Source of the DNA: Phaeosaccion multiseriatum
Taxonomy: Eukaryota; Protista; Ochrophyta, other classes
Assembly: GCA_965112735.1 (NCBI GenBank)
Contig: OZ218951.1
Span: 5,828,001 to 5,892,000 of the forward strand
DNA: 64,000 bases
Direction of reading: 5' to 3'
Of the stretch, positions 25,704 to 38,259 are shown one piece after another (positions within the stretch are counted from its first letter, which is position 1; each line of letters begins with the position of its first letter). The position numbers and the translations under genes were made by a program. The notes below the pieces were generated by a model. That model was given only the letters and a program-made list of their open reading frames with translations. It did no database searches and was not told where the DNA came from.

Positions 25704-26531
25704 CTATAAAGGCACACGACAAGGTGCCTTGGACTCTACGGTACAGGAGTACAGGGATAGCCAACCGGTTAGGAGGGAGATAAAAGGGGCCTTCGCTCCG
25801 TGGGGACGAATCCCTCTCTCTCTCTCTCTCTCTCTCCCCCTCTCTCTCTCTGTGTGTTTGTCTCTCCCTCTCCTCTCACCGCGAAGGTATTGACGGTCGA
25901 GCACCAGCACCTTGCGTCTGTTTCGAGCAAGCTCCGTGGGGGCCATGGGTATCGCATGGGTCAGGGCCAGTCCGCCCAGGAGCAGTTCCATCACCTCGCG
26001 ATGCATGAAGGGCCGGAGGTGGTCACGCTTGTTCTGCTCTCAGTAAGCGGCAGGCCGGCAGGATTGGAGGCAGGTAGGCAGGCAGGCAGGCAGGCATGCA
26101 GAGGGGGGAGTGGGGGAGTGGGCGGGGTGAGGTGGGCCAGAGGGAAGAATGAATAATCCCCGCTTCTCTTCTCTGGCTGGCTTCCCGTGGCTTCCACTGC
26201 TGCATGCCCCTGGCTGGCCCGCTGGCCCTCACCTGATTGCGACTGTTGTACTCCTTCATGGCCTCGAGCGCCTCGCTCTCGTACACGTATCCCTCGTACT
26301 TTTGACAGGCGCGAGGGTCGGCCCCCACGAACTTGAAGCTCAGCCCGCAGCGCTTACAGGTCATCATCAGAGCCACCTGGGGGGGGGAGGGGAGCGATGG
26401 CAGTGGATGCCAGCGGATGGAGGGCGAGGCAGACGAAGAAACGTCAGCGCCACCTTTGCCTTTGCCCCGACCATGGCGCCCCCGCCAGAGGGCCAGAGGG
26501 GCGAGCGAGACAAGAGGAGCGTTGGTTCTCG

Positions 26532-26571
<40 letters not shown>

Positions 26572-27861
26572 GGTCATGTACTGAGCGTCTTGCTCCTCCC
26601 TCGCGAGGCGTGCGAGCGCTCCTCCCGGCGGCATGCACACTACCCTGCCCATTGACCACCATCCCCTCCCTGCCCATTGACCACCATCCTCTGCCATCCA
26701 TCCCCTCCCTGCCATCCCCTGCCATCCATCCCCCCACTCACCCCAGACACCACCATCCCCTCTCTGCGCATTGTAACGACCCTGGGTCCATGCAGCCGTG
26801 TCCTCTCCGCCTCCTCCCTGGCCTTCCTCGCCTTCCAGAGCAGGAACCCCCTCTGCACCACTCGGGATGCCACCATGAGCTGCCGCAGACGCTTGCGCCA
26901 GATCCAGCCCTTCACCCAGCCCTACACAAGTAAGTCAAGAAGGAAAGGAAGAAGGAAGGAAGGAAGGAAGGAAGGAAGAAGGGAGGGAGGGAGGAAGGAA
27001 GGAAGGAAGGGAGGGAGGGAAGAACGGAATGAAGCAAACAAGTAAGAATGCAAGCAAAGAAAGAGGTGACGAAGCAAGTCAATCGATGGTATCCGTGAGT
27101 CAGTGACGGGAGTGTCAAGGCCCGCGGCAGAGGGCAGGAGGGCAGCGGACCGGCGCAGCACAGGACGCCTTACCACGCGCACCGCACCGCACCGCATCGA
27201 ACCGAACAGTACCGAACCGCACCCATCGCCCTCCTCCCTCCTCCCTCCTTGCCCTCCTCCCTCCTTCCTCCTCCCTCCTCCCTCCTCCCTCCTCCCTCCT
27301 CCCTCCTCCCTCCTCCCTCCTCCCTCCTTCCTCTCCCTCTTTCCTCCTGCCTCCTTGCTCCTTGGTCCTTCCTCCTTCCTCCTTGCTCCTTGCTCCTTCC
27401 TCCTCACTCCTTAGTCTCTACTCCGTACCTGTATTCGCATGGCAGCCCCCCCCTCCCTGTCCCTGCGCTCCTGCAGCCTCCCCCTGGTGCGCTCGAGCTT
27501 TTTCTTCTGAGCCGCGAAGCAGCGTATCTGGTGCCTGAGGCGCTTCCATCGGGTAGACGCGTCGAAGCTATTGTACGCCCTTTGGAGCCGCCGAGCCGCC
27601 TTCGGAGAGAGCAGAAGGAGTAGGAGGAGCAGGGGAGGAGAAGAAGGGCCCAGCCGAAGAGGAGGAGGATTAGGGGAGGGGGAGGGGGAAGGGGGGTGGG
27701 GGTCAGCAGGCATATACGAGAGCAGGATGGCGACAATCAACGATGACGGACGGGGAGAGAAGAGCGGCGGCGAAAGACGGGCCACGCCACACTCGGGGCG
27801 GAGAAGAGATGCACGTAATATCACGTAAGGGGATGGAAAACGCTCGCGCACACACACACGC

Positions 27862-27897
<36 letters not shown>

Positions 27898-30160
27898 CTC
27901 GTCTCGCTCCTGATATCTCGCTTTCTCCGTCCGAAGGCGCTGCAACGACGGACACGCCACCGCGTAGACCCGGGGGGGCGGCTGCCAATCCTCTTCCTGT
28001 TCGGGGTCGTGCTGCTGCTCCTGCTGCTGATGCTCTTGCTGCTGCTGCTGCTGCTCTGGCTCATCAGAGGGAGAAGAGGAGAGGATGGCAGAGGGGCGAT
28101 CCAAGGAGGAGGAAGCCAGAGAGGACGACAGAGTCTCCAGAGACGACAACTCTCCGCCTCCCTCCCCTCCTCCTCCTCCTCCTCCTCCTCCTCCCCCACC
28201 ACCTCGTATTCCTCCCCCTCCCCCTGCTACTGCTGATGCTACTACTGCCGACCCTGACCCTGACCCTGACCCTGAGCCAGAGCCCCAGCTTGAGTCTGAG
28301 CCTGGGCCCGGGCCTGCCCTTGGTCTTGACCCTGACCCTGAGCCTGAGCCCGAGGGCCTTGGGGCGGTGGGCAGGGGCAGCACGGTGAGCAGGGGCAGCA
28401 GGAACTCGGCAGCGAGGTCGAGGGGCGTCAGGGCCTCCACGAGCTGCTGGGGCCGCCCCTCTCTCAGCAGGGCCGCAGCCGCCTGGACAGACAGTTCTGG
28501 GCAGATAGGGACGGAGGGAGGGGAGGTAAGATGGGCGGTGTGTTCGTGCGCGTGTTTGTGTTTGTGTGTGTGTGTGGGTGTGAGAAATAGCGTCACAAGA
28601 GAATTGGAGGGGGGCGAGTCCGAAGAGCAAAAAGACCCGAGCGAGAGAGAAGGGCGGTCCTTCTGACATATGAGAGAGGAGAGAGAGCAAGGTGAGAGAG
28701 CGAGGAAGAGAGGAGGCGAGATACTCGACACCTCGACATTGGCTGTCGATGTATACAGAGCACCTCGACATTGGCTGTCGATCTATACAGAGCGCCGCTG
28801 TGCCTTCCTTACCATCTACTTCGTCCTCGTGCACGATGAGAGTGACGTCAGAGGCGAACAGAGCGGCGTCAGAGGGGTCAGGACCTCCCCCCGGGGTGGA
28901 GGTGTCGTTCGCCGGGGTGGAGATGGTCACCACGTGGCCCCTGAGCAGCAGCTTACCACCCTGCGCGCACACCTCAAGGCGCACATTAAGGCACACCTTC
29001 ACTGCCTTACTGAGGCTGCCGCTGCCGCCGGCAGGATTGCCGTGCTCTGCTCCCTCCCTGCTCGCGCTGCTGTCGTGCTGCTGTATCACCAACTGCTGCT
29101 GCTGCGAGGGTTGGCGTCCGCGGCCGCCACCACCCAGTGAGGAGGAGGAGGGTTTACCAGTCAAGGAGTGCCTCGGCACGAAGAACTTTCTCGTCTTGGT
29201 CTGCAGCACCCGCGGAATGTTCCGGCACAGAGCGGTGAACGAGCGCGAGCATACGGCCACGATGCCGAAGGGACCTGCTTCATCAAGCAGCCGGGCTCTG
29301 GGAAGGAGGGCACCAGATGGGGAGGGAGGGAAGGCAGCCGATGGGGTTGAGGTGGGGGGGGAAGAGGAGGTGCTTAGAGCAAGAAAAGGCCAGCCAGGGG
29401 GGGAAGACCCAGGAGCGAGCAGCACGCAAAGGAAGGAGGAAGAAACTGCTGCACACCACGACCGTAGAGGAGCAGAAGTATCCAAAGGATAGGGGAACGA
29501 GTAGAGGAGTAGGAGGAAAAAATCTCACTGACTTACTTGTTGAAGAGCGTCTCTGCCTTGCTGTAGGCCCTCCTTGTGTCCTTGAGGCGGAGGTCCTTGT
29601 CGAAGTTTCCGTAGGCCGTGTGGTACGCCACCGCCAGCTGTGAATATCCCCTCGGCAGCTGCGGGTACAGCCGCAGGGCGGTGCGGTAGTAGTTCAGCCA
29701 GGGCTCGTAAGCGGTCCTGTGTGTGCGCGCGCGTGTGTGTGTGTGCGCGCGTGCGTGTATGTGTGGGTGGGAGGAGGACGAATGTCAGAGAAGGAAAGAA
29801 TGCAGGGGGGAATAAATACAGAACAAACCGAGCAGATGGAAGACAAAAAGAGAAGGGCAGAAGCGGCACAGAAGACATAGTCCTCCACACCTGAATACAC
29901 GCACGCACACACACACGCACACACACACACAGACACACGCTAACCTTCACCCACCTTCCCGGATCCAGCCTCCACGCGAGGATAGAGAGTCTGTAGGCCT
30001 CCTCCAGTAAGCCCGGCATGCGCTGCCCCCATGTGCCCACGCTGGTCCACATGGCCTGACAGAGACGAGTCAAGAGGCAGAGTCACAAGTGTCAAGCGGA
30101 ATGGAAAGGAGAAGAAAGCTCGAGAAAGATTCGAGAAGGGGAGGACTGGTGAGAATGTAC

Positions 30161-30191
<31 letters not shown>

Positions 30192-31660
30192 CGTGCGGCG
30201 GTGTAGGTGTATCGTACATCCCTGCGTGCGTGTGTCTTGTACCCCCCCCCTCCTTCTTACCTGCAGAGTCACCGCCAGTCCCAGTGCCATGGCTGCGCTG
30301 TGCGGGTACAAGCGAAGGCCGCACAGGAAGATGCGCCTGGCGCAGGAGTGAGCGCTGAGGCCGCACAGCAGTACGTGACCGGCGTGGAGCAGGGCCCACT
30401 CTGACGGACCCCCAACACTTTCAGAGGGGCCGCCAACACCTTCGCCTTGACGGACACGCCGCCGCGGAAACTGGCACGAGGGGAAGGGTTGAACTGCGTG
30501 TTGGTCGGGAGTGGCAGCTGAGTAGTCAGCAGTCGCTATCTCTTCCTCTGCCTCTGCTGCTCCGCTGAGTCCACGCGCACCCTCGCCTCTCCTCCCCTGC
30601 TCCGAGGAAGGTACAGCAGTTGGTGACACACCAGCAGGAGGAGGAGGGGTCGGCTGCTCCTCCTGCTCTTCCTGCTGTATTACCAACTTGTGCTGATGCT
30701 CCTGCTCCTGCCGTGGCTCTCCTGCTTCGACGGATGCGTCGAGCGCTGCTTGCATCCGCTCCAGCATACCACCAATGCTGCTGCTGCTACTGCTAACTTC
30801 GCTGCTACTGCTGCTGCTGCTGCTGGCTTCGCTTCTGCTGCTGCACAAGCCCGTCTGTGCAGATGGCGACGGCCCCTCGGCTGCTGCCGCACCTCTACCT
30901 CCACCGCCCGCCCCCGCCGAGTGGCTCTCCTCCTCCCCCTCCTTGCCCTGTGCTCGTGCTCCTCGGCCTGTCTGCTGGTCCCGCCGTCCCGACACCTCGA
31001 AGGGCCTATTAGGGTTAGCGTTAGGGTTAGGCCTCTCTGAGGGCCTTGCTCCAAGTGTGACTCTGCTGCTCTCCCGGTGGGCAGGCTGGAAAGGGGGGGG
31101 CGCCGGGAAACCCCCCGCTTCCTCCTCCTCTGGAGCCTCAGGCAAAAGGCGCTGCGGTATGTCGAGCTCTCTACATGGGGTGTCGAGGTCAATGTCTCTC
31201 TCAACCCCCGGGAAGAGCTCGTTTAGTAACGACCTCTCCTTGACATGATACTCACAGAGGCGGCGCATCAGGGCCTCCTCCTGCACATTGTCAGCGCGGA
31301 GGTGCTGCGGTCGAAGCATATATGGGGCATCCAGGCAGGGGTGGTTGGAGGAATATGGGGATGAGAGTTTGATCGTGTGTCTCACCCTCACCTTAACCCA
31401 CACTCGCTGACCCTTCCCCTCACCTTGACACCCCGCCTGGCGATGGCGCCCCTCCACACTGCCTGCATCCTCGTAGCGCCTCTGTTCCGGCGCCGAATGA
31501 TCAACATGGCCATCCAGGCACGCGCCAGACGCACTGGGGAAGGAGGGAAGGCAGGCGAGAGAGAGGAGAGAGAGAGGGGGGGGAGAGGAGAGAGACGGAG
31601 AGAGGGAGAGAGAGAGGGAGGGAGAGTGGGAGAGAGAGAGAGGGAGAGAGAGAGGGAGGG

Positions 31661-31691
<31 letters not shown>

Positions 31692-32206
31692 GGGAGGGAG
31701 AGAGAAAGAGAGCGTGCGCGCGCAGAGCAGAGTAGAGCCACGCAGCCACGTTCAGTCACGGCCGCTCGGTGTGAGTGGTTGGAATCACTCGGTTCTGCGG
31801 CTGGGGTCAGGTCGCTCTCGTCCCGGATTCAGCTTGAATACACGCACGCACGCACCGCAAGCAAATTGATTATTGATTCCATACTCCCTCCCCATCCACT
31901 ACCATCCCTCACCTTTGTAGTTCCTCTGCAGACAGGTGGCTGCCCTGTTGTACCTGTCCACCCTCTCGCGCCGCGCCTTGCACCGGGCCGTGAAGCCGTG
32001 GTACAGCGCTTGCAACCTGCAGTACACAGATGGCCACAGATGGGATGGCAGGGTATAGGCATAGGCACGGTTAGCAGCTGTTGGTGATACAGGAGGGGGT
32101 GATGTTACTACTTGAGCAACTTTCTCATTCCCCTGCGCTCCACTCCACTCCACAATCTTCCATGCAAAGGGAGCGAGAAACAGTAGGAACAGGAGCTCAA
32201 CGACGC

Positions 32207-32285
<79 letters not shown>

Positions 32286-34343
32286 CGCTCAGACTCACCT
32301 CTCCGCGGCTTTGAATCTGACGTGTGCTGCCCTCCTCGCCGCCCTCCTCCTCCCCATGCCGCCCCTGCACACGCGCTGAATGTGGCCGGCGGCCATGTGA
32401 TGCCCCATCCCTCCCCATGTCCAGAAGTCCCTCCGGGCAGCGTAGCCCCGCCACGCCCTTTGCACCTCCACGGCTGCCTTCTCGGCCTCCCAGTCTGCAC
32501 GCACACACACACATACATGCACACACGCACGCACACACACACACATACATGCGCACACACACACACATACGCATACACACGCACGCAAACATGCACGCAC
32601 GCACACACACACACACAGGCGGGCGATGGGCGAAGGGGTTAGAGGAAAGGGGCTGTCTTTACTGAAGCCCTGCTTGTGTGTGCGTATGCACACCATGCAC
32701 AGGCCATGCGTTTGTGCGTGTTGATATGGCACACACTCACTCACTTTGGGCTATGCGCTGCGGGACAGCGGGGCGGTACAGCCCCTGAGTCTGAGCTGCT
32801 CTGTGAAGTGTGGCCTTGTTCCCAAGCCGGTCTGAGTCGTCATCTACTTGCGGCTCGCAGTTCGCTCCACCCCGGGGGAGAATACCTGAGAGGGGATCGA
32901 TGGAACCCAGGGGGGCAGTTTCCCGGAGAGGGGCTCCTCTGCACGCCGCGATGACGTCATCAGGTCTCCAGGGGACGACGAAGGTACGTTGTTGAGACAC
33001 TCCGAAGCGGACCTGATGATGAAGGGGGAGGCGGGAGGGAGCGGAGCACTCAGTCATATGGCGGGAGGTGGACGGTGCTGGGGAGGGGAGCACACAAAAA
33101 CACGCACACACACGCACACACACATGCACACGCGCGCGCACACACACACACACATACACACACATATACACACATACACACACCACACACACTCCCACAC
33201 ACACACACACGGACACGGACACGAACCTTTGAGGCTCCGTAGGCGAAGAGGCCCGACTTGTGCACTACATAACCGTCACGCTTGATAACCGTCCCTGAGG
33301 GGAAGAGGGAGGGACAGAGAGAGAGAGGGAGGGGGAGTGAGAGGGAATGAGAGAGAGGGAGGCACGGAGGGAGAGAGAGAGAGAGAGTACTAGCAGCATA
33401 TGCGGATGGTATTGGTTGAGGAGGGTGCGCTGGAGAAGAAGGGCGGCACCAGCGAAAGGCCTGAGGAGGCAGCGCTGTTCAGCTTGCGTTCCTTCCAAGC
33501 GCGCAGCGAACCGAATGAAGGAAGGCAACCCACAGACGAGGAATTCAGCTCAACCTTACATACCCGTTTTGGTGAATGTGTCTGTACCCGTCACACCAAG
33601 CCGGACCATGTCCTCGGGGCCTCCCCCCTTGGCCACCTTCATAGGGATGTCCTCCTCTCTCCTCGTCCTCTTGAGCGTCGCAGCCAAGCTCTTGGTCCGA
33701 TTGAGAGGGCTCAGCGGACTGGTCTTGAAGAGCCTGAGCTCAGAGGACGAGCCCCCGTGGATTCTCTCTACCTTGATGCCAGTTCCTGCCTGCATGTGTG
33801 TGCGCTGTCCTGCTGCGAGGGCCCTGTGGGTCTCCCCATCGGGGTCGTCGAAGAACGGGACGGTTGCGGCGAGGGCATCACTGCTGCTGCTGCTGCTGCT
33901 GGTGGTGTTGATCGAGCTATGGCTACTCCCCAAGTAGTGTAGATGACACGTGTGCATAGGGTACATTGTGCAAGGGCGTGTGATTACGTGAGGAGGAGGC
34001 TGTGTTGGGCAAGAATAAATTAAACCGACCTTCGTGTTACGGTGAGGGGAAGCAGGCCACCCCGCCCTTCTTCGAGCGGCCGCTTGCGTGATCTTTCGCT
34101 CCTTGAAACTCCCCTGCCAATGCTGCTACTGCTGATGCCGGCGCCGTATCCCTTCTTGTCGCCCATACTTGTACCACCCTGCACAGCCTTAGTCCTCTCA
34201 AGGCGCTCCCTCTGCCCTATGACCAGGCCTCCGGCTACGGTACAACTCAGGTGTGGTGGGAAGGAGAAAGAGGGTGTTCCTCCGGTTGCTGTGGCTGTTG
34301 CCGTTGCTACTGGCTCCTCTACATCCCGTCCAGGAAAGAACAT
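25704..34343 (-). CDS. Large multi-exon protein with several IQ calmodulin-binding-like motifs; boundaries approximate
   Basis: Minus-strand exons bounded by GT-AG encode [55 protein letters not shown] and [15 protein letters not shown]. It could be more than one gene. Confidence 0.62.
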
Positions 34344-34483
34344 CGTGAGTGCGTTTCTCCGACGGCGCTTCTCGTCGTCGCCATTTGACCCGTAACGTCT
34401 CCCTTGGCGACAACTGTATCATCAACCCTTTAACTTCACTTCGCAGTCCAATCCAGTCCTATCCAAAAACCCCTCCCCTCTCC

Positions 34484-36891
34484 ATGATGCAGGTATTAAT
34501 ACTCGTCGCTCAATGGTTTCCCGTGCGAGAGCTGTGGGGCGTGTGTAAGGAGCTGGAGCAAGTCACTCCCAGAGGTGTGGTGCTGCCCCTAATCGTGTCT
34601 GTCGCGGGTTGGAGAGTGCAGGCGATGCGCTTCCCTGTCCACCGCGTTCGGGTTGAGACGCGTCGGCTAAGGCTCCTCTTGGCTTTGAAGCCAAAGGCTC
34701 TTGGAGGAAAAGGAAAATGTCCAGGCAAAGGTCAGCAGGAGGGGAAGCCGCCGCATCCAGAAGGCCATCAGGAGGAGGAGCAGCAGCAGGAACGACGTCC
34801 TGGCGTTCTGCGCTCTCCCCCATTGCCGCTGATGCTGGAGACCGTCTTTGCGCACCTCCCCGACCTCCCACAGCTCGAGCTCGGCAGCGCCTTCAACTTG
34901 CCCTTGCCGCACCTTCCGCCGGGGCTGCAGAAGCTCACCTTTGACCCGGTTAGTACTAAGTTGTACGCGTCGCGTCCGTCGTTACCTCCCCTACTGCAAA
35001 GTCTCACACGAGACTAGTGAGTAGTGACGGCATGGTCTATGGTTTAGCTTCGACGCATACCCTCACAGACTGCCTGTACTTCAGCAGTATCGCACTTCCT
35101 CCTAGGCACTAGGCGAAATTGTCTTCTTGAGGAGGTGTTCCTTGTCCCTACTGCTCCGTGTACATCCGCTCCCTCGGACTCGCATGCCACGCGCGTATGC
35201 CTCTCACATGTGTCTCACATGCCCCCCTCTCTTTCCCCCCTCCTCCTTCCCCTTCCTTGCTGCCGCGGGCTCTTGGTTGCCTGCAGACGGCTGCAGGGGT
35301 GTTTAATCATCGCTTGCGCCTGCCACGATCCCTGAGGGCAGTCACTTTCGCGGGTCATTTCGACCAGCCGATTCAGCAGCAGCAGCTGCAGCAGCAGCAG
35401 CAGCAGCCGGAGGAGGAGGAGGAGGAGGAGGGACTCCTGCCTCAGAGCCTCACCAGAGTTGTTTTTGGCTCTGCCTTCGACCAAGCACTGCGCTCTCCTC
35501 TGCCCCCTCTGTTGCAGGAGCTTGTGCTGGGCTTCTCCTTCAACTCACCCCTGCCCGTCCTGCCACACACCCTCAAGAGACTCATCTTCGGCAACAAGTA
35601 CGTGTCTGTCTCTAAGTGTGAGTGCTAGTGTGGTGGCCTTGACCCACATACCCTGATGAGCCCCTCTCCTCCCCTCCCCTGCAGCTTCAACCAACCCAAC
35701 GTGGTGCTCCCTCCCCTTCTGGAGGACGTCAAGTGGGGCTACGACTTCTCGCACCCCGTCCTCCTCCCCCCCAGTCTCAAGCGGTGCGTGTTCGGAGCAC
35801 TTTTCAACGAGCCTTTGGTGCTGCCGGACGGCCTCGAGACCTTGGCCCTGGGGCGGTGCTTCAACCAAGCCCTCCTTGTTGAAGTGCCTGCTGGCCTTGA
35901 GCCAACGCGCGTTGAACCGATTGACCCGAAGCACGCCCCCGGCCGTGGGCTCGTCAAGGCTGGCAGTGAAGCGACCCCCAGGCCTTCATCCTGCAGCACC
36001 CCTCAGAAGGACCCAATCTTGTCAGATGCAAGCAGCAGCACCGTCAGCGCCGCCGCCACTGCCAAGGAGGAGGGGGAGGAGGAGGAGGAAGAGGAGGAGG
36101 AAGAGGAGGAGGGGGAGGGGGAGGAGAGTTGCCAGGGCTGGCAGCAGGCTCGCTCGAGCAGGCAAGGACGGCGCCCCCTCGTGCCCGGGGGGGGGGCGGG
36201 ATCAGGCTCTGCACGCAGCTCCCTCGTGGCCGGGATGCCTCGCTCCCTGCGGAAACTTGTCTGTGGCCACCGCATGGATGGGGAGCAGCTGCATCTACAC
36301 CACCCTACGCCCAGCGGCACCACCATCACCAGTTGGTCGTCCAGGAGCATTAGTAGCAACAGAAGTGTGAGTGGGGCAATAATGAGTAGCAGCACGGGAA
36401 GAGGCGAGAAGAACGGCGATAGTGGTACCCCCCCGCAGCAGTTGGTGGTACAGCAGCCGGAGGGGCTGGAGGAGCTCGTGCTGGGGTATGGGTTCTCGCG
36501 GAGCCGCCCTCTCCTGTTGCCGCCCAGCTTGAAATGGATCACCGTCGTGGTGAGGCCCCAGGAGGACGAACCCCCCCCCCCTCCTCCTCCTCCTCCTTCT
36601 GTTGCTGCTGCTCATGCCGCTGGGGACATGCATGACGGCGCTGGTGGGCAAGGCGGAGGGGGGGGCGAAGGTGTGCATTTGGATGGTGGTGTTGGCGGGG
36701 GGGGCGGCGGCTTTCCCATGGAGAGGCTCTGGGGTTTGGTGCGGCAGGGAGCGCTCGACGGCGAAATTGTTGCCCGCGGTCCGCCCCTGGGGAGCAATGC
36801 GGGGGGCAAGTGGAGGCTGCCCTTGCTGCCCCTGGCTCAGAGGAAGGCACTGAGTGGACAGAGTGGACAGAGTGGGGCGGTGCTCCTGTGA
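34484..36891 (+). CDS. Second FNIP-repeat protein (3 exons)
   Basis: Repeats LELGSAFNLPLPHLPPGLQKLTF, VVFGSAFDQAL, LVLGFSFNSPLPVLPHTLKRLIFG and FGALFNEPLVLPDGLETLALGRCFNQAL. Confidence 0.8.
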
Positions 36892-38259
36892 AGTGGTGCG
36901 ACAGAGCGGAGCGCATGGCGGTACAGTATAGTAGGAGGGAGAGCCAAGCTGGGGGAGAGGTGTGGGGGGGGAGAGGGGGCATGAGGCGGGCCGACGCACA
37001 CCAGGCGGAGGGCAGCGAGGGGAGGCAGGAGGGGGCGATCAAGAGGCCAGACCAACCCCCCACCCCTCATGGAGGGTTTCGGACCTTTGTGGTGCGGTTG
37101 GCTGAGTACCCGCTAGCTCAACCGCCCGCCCCTCTGCTTTGGATCGTCGCTCCTCCATACCGCAATGTCGGCAGCTGCGAGGCCCGGGCGAGAGGGTGGG
37201 CATTATTCCCTGCTTTAGACCGTCGCTCATCTTACATGTACACATGTCATCACGATGTTGCCCGAAAGGGTCCGGGCGAGGCGTTGGGCAGTAATTTTGG
37301 ATAGAAATAAAGAAATTAGCCAATAATTGGCTTATTCGACCGAGGGTGAAAGCGAGTTTCGTTTGCCTTTTTTTCAACAACAACAAACACACGAGAGAAA
37401 ACCAAGAGCTTACCTGCAGAGAAACTGTCCACAGCAACAGAAGAGGCAGCAGTAGCGACAGAGGGGGAGTGTCACTGGAGCGGAGTTTGCAGCACCAGGC
37501 TAACACAAGGTGGGGTTAGAAGCGCAATTGCAACAGTCACTTGGTTGGGCGAGGAAGGGGGCCGAGTGCAGCGGTACTGCGTAGAAGACGGCCGGGAAGT
37601 TCGAAGTAGTGGCAGTAGGGATGTTGCTGATCAAAGCATGAGGTTCTTGTGCCGACGCAGGTCGATAGGGAGGAGGTGTTCGCTACAATGAACTGGAAGC
37701 CCCACAACCCTCCCCCCCCCTTTAGCTGTGTCAATCCGTCATAGCGGACAAATGGGTCTCAGGGAAGGGGAGCATGCGTATTAGGAGAAGGTTGACGCCA
37801 GAAGGAGAGAGAGGGTGGAAGGTGGTGTCTCTGCCCGGGCGCGCGGCAATGTAGGCCGCATGTTCGAGGCAACAGTCAACATCTCTGGAGTTGGTTAGGA
37901 CGGACTTTGTTGTTTCGATTCAAGCGGTGCAAAGGCCCCTTTTTGAAGGGATTGGCCGATACAGCCTCGAGATGCTCGAGTGTCTGTATATCAGTGGCGA
38001 CGACTTGCAGGCTCGTTTGGTTTGGCATGTAACGTCAGTCAGCCATGTGGTTGTTATTCTCCCCCCCCTCTCAGTTCTCTTACACATCTTCCTCTTGCTT
38101 GCCTCTCATGGGCACTGCCCGCAACAGGAAGGCAAAGGAATCAGTGCAGCAGCTGATTGGAGAAAAGAGAGGGAAGAGGGGGAGAGAGTAGGCCTGAGTG
38201 CTAGGCGAAGAGAGAGACACACACGGAGAGACAACAGACTGAGAGAGAGAGAGGGCACG

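Noticed and set aside
31008-31031. TTAGGG-like interstitial telomeric repeat
   Set aside because: Only 3-4 imperfect units inside an exon (NPNANPN), which fits simple slippage.
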